A stretch of 64,000 nt of DNA from a bacterium (GTDB lineage: Bacteria > Zhuqueibacterota > Zhuqueibacteria > Residuimicrobiales > Krinioviventaceae). The DNA lies in NCBI GenBank assembly GCA_963693055.1, contig OY843751.1, forward strand, positions 2,336,001-2,400,000, given 5' to 3'. This document shows positions 59,324 through 64,000 of the stretch, one piece after another; positions within the stretch are counted from its first letter, which is position 1; every line of letters starts with the position of its first letter. The notes below the pieces were generated by a model that saw nothing but the letters and a program-made list of their open reading frames with translations, was not told where the DNA came from and did no database searches. The position numbers were made by a program, and so were the translations under genes.

Positions 59324-60643
59324 ATGGATTTACCCAATTGTATTTCCAGTGAAATTTTAGATTCTATTGGTGAAGGTATATATACAATTGATAAAAAGTT
59401 CAAAATCAGCTTTATAAATAAAGCTGCAGAGGAAATACTTGGCGTTAGACGTGAAAAAGTAATAGGTAAATTTTGTAAACATGTCTTCAGTTCCGAAGAG
59501 TGTTTGGAAAAATGTCCCATTAGCAAGGTGTTAGATTCCGGTGAGAATGTTTATGATCATATTACAAAGTTTTATCATACCAATGGCATATCGAAAAATG
59601 TAAGGGTAAATGCTTCATTACTCCATAATTCAGATAATGAAATAGTGGGCGGGGTTGTATCATTTCGTGATCTTTCAAATGAAGAGAGTTCTGTATTAAA
59701 ATCCAAAACCATGCAGGATTTTTATGGCATTGTAGGACAATCAAAACCTATGATGGAATTATATGACCTTGTTACAGAAATTGGCAGCACATGCGCTACT
59801 GTATTGATTCAGGGTGAATCCGGAACGGGTAAAGAAATGTTTGCTAATGCAATACAGGCCTCCAGTCAGCGTAACAAAATGCCTTTTATTAAAGTCAACT
59901 GTTCGGTTTTTCCGCCGCAATTGCTTGCAAGTGAATTATTTGGACATGTCAAGGGTGCGTTTACTGATGCAATTCAAAACCGTAAAGGCCGTTTCGAGAT
60001 TGCAGACAAGGGCACATTGTTTTTGGATGAAGTTGCTGAAATGCCGTTGTCAATGCAATTACAGCTCTTACGTGTTCTGCATGAAGGAACCTTTGAAAGA
60101 GTGGGTGAATCTTTGACACGCTCTGTGGATGTAAGAGTGATTGCTGCTACAAACAAGGATTTGGATACCGCTATTAATGACGGATCATTTAGAGAAGATT
60201 TGTTTTACCGATTAAATGTGATTCCTATGCATATTCCTGCGCTTCGTGAAAGAAGAGCTGATATACCGCATCTAGTTAATTTTTTTGTGAAAAAGTTTTC
60301 ATCAACTTATCATAAAGAAATACAGGAAGTAGATGATGAAGCTATGGATTATCTAACCGCTTATAATTGGCCAGGTAATGTTCGTGAATTGGAAAATGCA
60401 ATAGAATATTCATTTATAAGAACTCATGATGATGATGTGATTTCCGCCAAAAAATTACCCGCAAATATCCGCCAGAAAAATGGCAAGTTTTTTACAACAG
60501 GGGATAGCAAGTTTTCTGAACGAGATGAAATTTTAGAAACCTTGAAAAGACATCATTGGAATAAAAGCAAAGCTGCAGATGAACTACGTATGGGCCGTAC
60601 CACTTTATGGCGTAAAATGAAAGCTATGGGCATTGAAACATAG
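59324..60643 (+). CDS. PAS-domain sigma54 enhancer-binding protein (Fis HTH)
   Basis: N-terminal PAS; 'GESGTGKE', 'ELFGHVKGAFTDA', 'LFLDEV', 'WPGNVREL'; C-terminal HTH. Confidence 0.95.
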   Translation: MDLPNCISSEILDSIGEGIYTIDKKFKISFINKAAEEILGVRREKVIGKFCKHVFSSEECLEKCPISKVLDSGENVYDHITKFYHTNGISKNVRVNASLLHNSDNEIVGGVVSFRDLSNEESSVLKSKTMQDFYGIVGQSKPMMELYDLVTEIGSTCATVLIQGESGTGKEMFANAIQASSQRNKMPFIKVNCSVFPPQLLASELFGHVKGAFTDAIQNRKGRFEIADKGTLFLDEVAEMPLSMQLQLLRVLHEGTFERVGESLTRSVDVRVIAATNKDLDTAINDGSFREDLFYRLNVIPMHIPALRERRADIPHLVNFFVKKFSSTYHKEIQEVDDEAMDYLTAYNWPGNVRELENAIEYSFIRTHDDDVISAKKLPANIRQKNGKFFTTGDSKFSERDEILETLKRHHWNKSKAADELRMGRTTLWRKMKAMGIET

Positions 60644-60789
60644 TATGAAACAGTGAAACAATTTGTTCTGCATCGTAACTAACCTATTAATAATATTTTA
60701 AGTTTGATTTTTATATATTTATTTTTATATTGAAACGTTCTGTTTCATGAGTCTTCTTTGTAACCTCTTGTTTTTTATGGTCTTGTTTT

Positions 60790-60804
60790 TGGCAAGGTCT
60801 TTGC
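60790..60804 (+). promoter_or_regulatory. sigma54 -24/-12 promoter
   Basis: TGGCAAGGTCTTTGC about 30 bp upstream of ATG 60834. Confidence 0.7.
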
Positions 60805-60833
60805 CTGATTTACCCCAAAAAAATGGAATTGTC

Positions 60834-61286
60834 ATGTACGAAATGCTTGGTAATCAGTATTTTATGTCCCGTCAGTATAGCCGTGCTACAATGGCTTTAG
60901 AAAGGGCATTACAGTCTGATCCTGATAATATGGGGATTCAGCGCAAGCTGATTATTTGTTATTGTCAAATTGGTAAAGTTGATGATGCATTGCACATGTT
61001 TATATCGCTTATAAAATCAGATATTGACTTTATTATGTCTGCTGATCCTATATTAGATGATTGTCCTTGTCCTGATTTGATTTATAATATGGAAGCACAA
61101 ATATCAGATGAGCGCCAATCTTTGGATTTTAATTTGATAATTGGTATTTTGTGGTTGTTTTGTGATCTTGAACGTTCTTTTGAGTATTTTCATAAAGCAC
61201 AAGTTATGGATCCTAATAATACCAATATAAAATCTATAATGCTTTTTCTTTCAAATCGTTTAGAAAAAGAGAAAACCCGCCATTAA
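60834..61286 (+). CDS. TPR-like protein with a DDCPCP motif
   Basis: Helical repeats; start moved to MYEMLGNQ because the longer ORF contains the sigma54 promoter. Confidence 0.7.
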   Translation: MYEMLGNQYFMSRQYSRATMALERALQSDPDNMGIQRKLIICYCQIGKVDDALHMFISLIKSDIDFIMSADPILDDCPCPDLIYNMEAQISDERQSLDFNLIIGILWLFCDLERSFEYFHKAQVMDPNNTNIKSIMLFLSNRLEKEKTRH

Positions 61287-61379
61287 ATATTTTTTCCTTT
61301 TAATATATCCCTAAATATCTACTTGCTATAGTATATTGCAAATACATTTGTTTTTTTTATTGGCCTTGTCATTATTTAT

Positions 61380-61757
61380 ATGTACTTTATTTACATGAAA
61401 AAAATTATGACATACACATTAATTTCTATTTATTTTAGTTTTTTCCCAATTTATCCCTATATTCATTTTCATTTGAATTGTGATGTTGATAAAGTATGTC
61501 ATCATGTTGATTTCAGTGAATGTGAACATTTTCATCATTCTGAACATCAGGAACATAAGCATTTCAAGGGTGACTGGCAGCATACCATAACCAAAGATGA
61601 TCCCGGTAAAATCCAGTCCATAAACCTTGTACATGAATACAGTTTTTACTATTCTGTAATTACCGGTGCAAGGTTACCCGAGTTCACCAATCATCTCAAA
61701 GATTCCATTCTTTACAGTCCCGATGTTTCACGGGCACCCCCTGCATTACTCGTATAA
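61380..61757 (+). CDS. His-rich leader protein ending near a RAPP motif
   Basis: N-terminal hydrophobic segment, 'HFH..C....CHH....CEHFHHSEHQEHKH', C-terminal 'SRAPPALLV'. Confidence 0.65.
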   Translation: MYFIYMKKIMTYTLISIYFSFFPIYPYIHFHLNCDVDKVCHHVDFSECEHFHHSEHQEHKHFKGDWQHTITKDDPGKIQSINLVHEYSFYYSVITGARLPEFTNHLKDSILYSPDVSRAPPALLV

Positions 61758-61818
61758 TTTACACCAGACAATTTCAAAATTTATTACATGAATTTCAATC
61801 TCTTTCATTAATGGAGAA

Positions 61819-63045
61819 TTGTATATGAACCGCATTGCGAGTATTCTTCTCGTAGCAAGTGCATTGGTTCTGGCTGGGGATAATACTATTCAACTCTCGT
61901 ATACCGAGTTGGATACACTATTGTCAAACAGTCCTGTTTACCATTCACTTGACTATGAGTTTAGTGCCAAACGATATGATGTTAAACATCATTTAAACTG
62001 GCAAAATCCTGAATTTGAATTTGAACGGGACGCATTGAGCGAAAATGGTGATAAAGAAAACGAATCTGTTTTTCTGCTTGGTAAAGATTTTATGCTTCCT
62101 TGGGCTGGCTATTATCATCGTTCTGCAAAAAATGCTGAACTTGATGCAATTCAATTTTCGCAAAAAGATGGCTATTTGTTACAGTTGAACACCTTCAAGA
62201 GTTATTATATAACTCTTGCACTGTTGCAGCAAAAATCCAATCGATATATTGAATTGGACAGCTTGATGAACAAAGCATTGAATATTGCTCAGGAGCGATT
62301 TGAGCAAGGTACATTGTCCGGAATTGAAAACCGTCTTGTGCAGCTGAGCAAGTTTAATGTGCAACGAGATCGTTTTGTTTTACAACAGGAATATAAAGAG
62401 CTGCTTGCTCAATTTGCTATAAGTTTGGGATTTGGTGCTGATGATTCTCTGGATTTCTGTACGGATATTACTTTTTTACCTTTTAAATTAAAACCACTTG
62501 CAGCCTATGCGCAAGCTCTTAACAATCATCCTGTATTGGCATCTATAGCAGTTTCTCAAGATGCAAAAAAACAGCAGGTCCGTTTTGAAAAAATGGCACC
62601 CGTTTCTTCTGTGCATCTTTCAGGTGGCTATAAACAATTAAATGACACAATGGATGGGTATGTGGCCGGTATTTCAATTCCTCTTCCCATATTGAATCAG
62701 AATAAAACGGGTATTCAGAAAACAAAAGCCGAGTTGAATCAATTGCAAATTGATAATCAAATGATAACCCAAAAGTTAAATTTGCGCCTTGAGCAGCTTT
62801 ACTCAGCTCAGGAGGTTCAGCAAAAACATATGCAAACCTTTTCTGAATCATTTCATTCTGCATCACAAATTATTGATGATATTGTGTATACATTTTATCA
62901 AGGCTCTGCTGATTTTGGAGATATTCTGGATACATATCAGGTTTATACTGAGAGCATGAGCACCTATTATGATCAACTCTTGTTGTATTATAATTACCTG
63001 TTGGAACTGGAATACCTGACTCAAGAGAAAATTATTGAATTTTAG
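61819..63045 (+). CDS. TolC-family outer-membrane efflux protein (CzcC-like)
   Basis: Signal peptide, 'WQNPE', 'GISIPLPI.NQN', coiled coils; directly upstream of an adaptor gene. Confidence 0.8.
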   Translation: MYMNRIASILLVASALVLAGDNTIQLSYTELDTLLSNSPVYHSLDYEFSAKRYDVKHHLNWQNPEFEFERDALSENGDKENESVFLLGKDFMLPWAGYYHRSAKNAELDAIQFSQKDGYLLQLNTFKSYYITLALLQQKSNRYIELDSLMNKALNIAQERFEQGTLSGIENRLVQLSKFNVQRDRFVLQQEYKELLAQFAISLGFGADDSLDFCTDITFLPFKLKPLAAYAQALNNHPVLASIAVSQDAKKQQVRFEKMAPVSSVHLSGGYKQLNDTMDGYVAGISIPLPILNQNKTGIQKTKAELNQLQIDNQMITQKLNLRLEQLYSAQEVQQKHMQTFSESFHSASQIIDDIVYTFYQGSADFGDILDTYQVYTESMSTYYDQLLLYYNYLLELEYLTQEKIIEF

Positions 63046-63054
63046 AGGGATATT

Positions 63055-64000
63055 ATGAAATATATAAAATTAACGAGTTTATTATTGGTTGCCTTGATCG
63101 CATGTAGTAAACCGGGTGTAGATGAACATGCAGGGCATGACCATGGTGAAGAAGCTGTTTCCTTAACAACCTGGACTGATGATTACGAGTTTTTTGCCGA
63201 GTTTTCACCTAATGAAGATCATTCTCAGAATGCGTTGATACATGTAACGCAATTAAAGGATTTCAAACCCCTTGTTGATGATCATATTGCGATCATTTTT
63301 GAATCTGAGAGTGATCAGGTACTTTTTGATCAAGAGCTTGAATTAGCCCGACCCGGTATATATAGCAGTGCTATTGAATTACCTGAAACGTCAGAACATT
63401 ATCACGTTGCTCTGAGAATAGGGAATGAGATGTTTGATTTAGGGCATGTAGCGTTTGATGAACATGAGCTTGAGGGACTCGCTGAATCAGAAAATGGTGA
63501 GCATGATCATGAACATGATGCGGAAGCGAATGAAAATAATCATAATACTGATATCAAGGGAGAAATTGTACCTTTTTTAAAAGAACAACAGTGGGTTGCT
63601 GATTTTAATGTTTATAAAAGTAAAGTTGGGGATGTTCGTTCCGTTGTATATGCTATTGGTCAAGTCATTCCGCATCAACAGGGCTTGTCAGAAATTGTTT
63701 CACCCGTTGAAGGTTATTTAAATGTCAACCACAATCAAAATATGGTTGTAGTGGGTGCGCGGGTTAAAAATGGCCAGATACTGGCTACACTATGTCCGCC
63801 AATTGGGCGTTCAAATACATGGACAGAACGATACCTTTCATTTCAACGAGCTGAAAAAAATTACCAACGCGCTCAGGAATTGAAAAAACGACAGGCTATA
63901 TCAAATACAGAATTTGAACAAATTGAACAAGACTATCTTGTTGAAAAAGCCGGATTTGAAACCCTTTTAAACGCATACAATATTACTCCGGATATGAACA
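63055..64000 (+). CDS. RND efflux periplasmic adaptor (CzcB-like), 3'-truncated
   Basis: My translation MKYIKLTSLLLVALIACSKPGVDEHAGHDHGEE (lipobox, His-rich), later 'FLKEQQW' and 'IVSPVEG'; open to the window end. Confidence 0.8.
   Translation, partial: MKYIKLTSLLLVALIACSKPGVDEHAGHDHGEEAVSLTTWTDDYEFFAEFSPNEDHSQNALIHVTQLKDFKPLVDDHIAIIFESESDQVLFDQELELARPGIYSSAIELPETSEHYHVALRIGNEMFDLGHVAFDEHELEGLAESENGEHDHEHDAEANENNHNTDIKGEIVPFLKEQQWVADFNVYKSKVGDVRSVVYAIGQVIPHQQGLSEIVSPVEGYLNVNHNQNMVVVGARVKNGQILATLCPPIGRSNTWTERYLSFQRAEKNYQRAQELKKRQAISNTEFEQIEQDYLVEKAGFETLLNAYNITPDMN

Overview
AT-rich bacterial chromosomal window with about 55 genes. Several secreted proteins end in a 'YPNPFN..T.I.Y.L' T9SS/FlgD-type C-terminal domain, which suggests a KSB1/Calditrichota-like FCB-associated organism (inference). 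Most content is ordinary: transporters, GH36/GH92/GH127 hydrolases, RapA, two-component proteins, lgt/dksA, a glycine-betaine ABC operon with a porin, MsrB-MsrA, FGE, a TonB-dependent receptor, the start of a Czc-like efflux operon and one tRNA-Arg(CCT). The main candidate for an undescribed system is a 1,832-bp unit (18424-20255) lying in the opposite orientation inside an arsR-arsP-like gene run. It is bounded by 15-bp inverted repeats that share a palindromic CATATG at both ends. It encodes only two paralogous DUF1670-like proteins, with no recognisable DDE, HUH, serine or IS110 transposase, and has an outward-facing promoter-like sequence at its right end. It looks like an unrecognised IS-like element. 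Also notable: (i) a putatively sigma54-driven operon combining a NapH-like membrane Fe-S protein, a probable beta-barrel and a Tat-lipoprotein polyferredoxin with 8 predicted [4Fe-4S] motifs; (ii) a His-rich leader ORF with a RAPP motif upstream of czcC/czcB-like genes; (iii) a readable sigma54 enhancer module. All family assignments come from recognising motifs by eye; no database searches were run.
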